The notes beneath the pieces were generated by a model. That model was given only the letters and a program-made list of their open reading frames with translations, was not told where the DNA came from and did not search any database. From Rhodanobacteraceae bacterium (GTDB taxonomy: Bacteria > Pseudomonadota > Gammaproteobacteria > Xanthomonadales > Rhodanobacteraceae), in NCBI GenBank assembly GCA_036379395.1, contig DASVGR010000129.1, positions 2,010-66,009 on the forward strand: a DNA stretch of 64,000 nt. The letters run 5' to 3'. How positions within the stretch are numbered: the stretch's first letter is position 1; the number at the start of each line of letters is the position of its first letter. Made by a program: the position numbers and the translations under genes. This document shows positions 62,357-64,000 of this stretch, in pieces.

Positions 62357-64000
62357 ATGGCGAAAGTAACCAAGTCGTTCCAGTACGGCAAACATACGGT
62401 CACACTGGAGACGGGCGAAATCGCCCGCCAGGCATCGGGCGCCGTGATGGTGTCGATGGGCGCGACCACTGTGCTGGTGGCTGCGGTGGCCGCGGCTACC
62501 GCGCGTCCAGGGCAGGATTTTTTCCCGCTGACCGTCGACTATGTCGAAAAGTTTTATTCCGCCGGCCGCATTCCCGGCGGTTTCTTCAAGCGTGAAGGCC
62601 GTCCGACCGAAAAGGAAACGCTGACCGCACGCCTGATCGATCGTCCGATCCGCCCGCTGTTTCCGAAGGCGTTCAAGAACGAAGTGCAGGTCGTCGCGAC
62701 CGTCATGTCGCTCGATCCCGAGATCGACGGCGACATCCCGGCGCTGATCGGCGCCTCCGCCGCGTTGACGCTGGCCGGCATCCCGTTCAAGGGCCCGGTC
62801 GCCGCCGCCCGCGTGGGTTACGCCAATGGCGAATACCTGCTCAACCCGACCACTTCCGAGCTGGAAACCTCCGATCTGGAGCTGGTCGTGGCCGGTACCG
62901 GCAAAGCCGTGCTGATGGTCGAGTCCGAAGCCAAGCTGCTGTCCGAGGACGTCATGCTGGGCGCCGTGACGTTCGGTCACCGCGAAATGCAGGTGGCCAT
63001 CAATGCCATCAACGAGCTGGCTGCCGAAGCCGGCCGTCACGATTTCCATTGGGACGCTCCGGCGGTCGACACGGCACTGGAAAGCGCCGTCAAGAACGCC
63101 GTCGGCAACCGTCTGGCCGAAGCTTTCCAGATCAAGGACAAGCTGGAGCGGCGTGATGCGCTGAAGGCGCTGGAAGCCGACGTCAAGGCCTCCCTGGCGG
63201 CCGACATCGAAGCCAATGGCTGGACTGACCAGGCCATCGACGGTGTGTTCGGCGAGATCGAATACCACACGCTGCGCAACGGCGTACTGGCCACCAAGCA
63301 GCGCATCGATGGACGCGGCCTTGAGGACGTGCGTCCGATCAGCGTGCGTACCGGCGTGCTGTCGCGTGCCCACGGCTCGGCGCTGTTCACGCGTGGCGAG
63401 ACGCAGGCGCTGGTTTCCGTCACGCTGGGTACCAAGCGTGATGCGCAGATCATCGATGCGCCAGTTGGCGAGTCGAAAGACCCGTTCCTGTTCCATTACA
63501 ACTTCCCGCCGTATTCCGTCGGCGAGACCGGTCGCATCGGCAGCCCGAAGCGCCGCGAGATCGGCCACGGCCGTTTGGCCAAGCGTGGCGTGTCGGCGGT
63601 CAAGCCGAGCATGGACAGCTTCCCGTACGTGGTGCGTGTGGTGTCGGAAATCACCGAGTCCAATGGTTCTTCGTCGATGGCTTCCGTGTGTGGTTCATCG
63701 TTGGCCATGATGGACGCCGGCGTGCCGCTGACTGCCCCGGTGGCCGGCATTGCCATGGGCCTGGTCAAGGAAGGCGACGACTACGTCGTGCTGACCGACA
63801 TCTTGGGTGACGAAGATCATCTGGGCGACATGGACTTCAAGGTCGCCGGTACCTCCGAAGGCGTGTCCGCGCTGCAGATGGACATCAAGATCGACGGCAT
63901 CACCGAAGAAATCATGAAGACGGCGCTGGCGCAGGCCAAGCGCGGTCGTCTGCACATCCTCGGTGAAATGGGCAAGGTGATCGACCAGCCGCGTGCCGAG
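62357..64000 (+). CDS. pnp: Polyribonucleotide nucleotidyltransferase (runs off window; absent from ORF track)
   Basis: Manual reading: [80 protein letters not shown]. Confidence 0.97.
   Translation, partial: MAKVTKSFQYGKHTVTLETGEIARQASGAVMVSMGATTVLVAAVAAATARPGQDFFPLTVDYVEKFYSAGRIPGGFFKREGRPTEKETLTARLIDRPIRPLFPKAFKNEVQVVATVMSLDPEIDGDIPALIGASAALTLAGIPFKGPVAAARVGYANGEYLLNPTTSELETSDLELVVAGTGKAVLMVESEAKLLSEDVMLGAVTFGHREMQVAINAINELAAEAGRHDFHWDAPAVDTALESAVKNAVGNRLAEAFQIKDKLERRDALKALEADVKASLAADIEANGWTDQAIDGVFGEIEYHTLRNGVLATKQRIDGRGLEDVRPISVRTGVLSRAHGSALFTRGETQALVSVTLGTKRDAQIIDAPVGESKDPFLFHYNFPPYSVGETGRIGSPKRREIGHGRLAKRGVSAVKPSMDSFPYVVRVVSEITESNGSSSMASVCGSSLAMMDAGVPLTAPVAGIAMGLVKEGDDYVVLTDILGDEDHLGDMDFKVAGTSEGVSALQMDIKIDGITEEIMKTALAQAKRGRLHILGEMGKVIDQPRAE

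Overview
GC-rich gammaproteobacterial chromosome segment. Gene content and order suggest Xanthomonadales, probably Rhodanobacteraceae; this is an inference. Bases ~1-32 kb are mostly core genes: fadJ-like, a c-di-GMP enzyme, rpoE-rseA-mucD-lepA-lepB-DUF4845-rnc-era-recO, a REC-Hpt gene, ydbH/ydbL-like, rlmD, CYTH, nagZ, hpt, MTA/MTI phosphorylase, csp, tal, an ABC exporter, mtnA, gyrA, peroxiredoxin, cbpA and tRNA-Leu(TAA). Bases ~55-64 kb hold rimP-nusA-infB-rbfA-truB-rpsO-pnp. The ~23 kb between them is accessory-looking, with no integrase. It contains three notable loci. (1) A peptide-export cluster: HlyD adaptor, an 85-aa double-glycine-leader Gly/Leu-rich precursor, a C39-peptidase ABC transporter and a 50-aa membrane ORF missing from the ORF track (candidate immunity gene). 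This is the best candidate for an undescribed glycine-zipper microcin or surface-peptide system. (2) A FecI/FecR/STN-TonB receptor signalling module next to a serine hydrolase. (3) An orphan DHH phosphoesterase resembling CRISPR-associated NrN, paired with a GDPD. Also seen: three equal-length 75-bp REP doublets, a REC-Hpt gene at the ancestral barA position, and a double-terminator leader before rimP. All calls come from motif reading only; no database searches were run.
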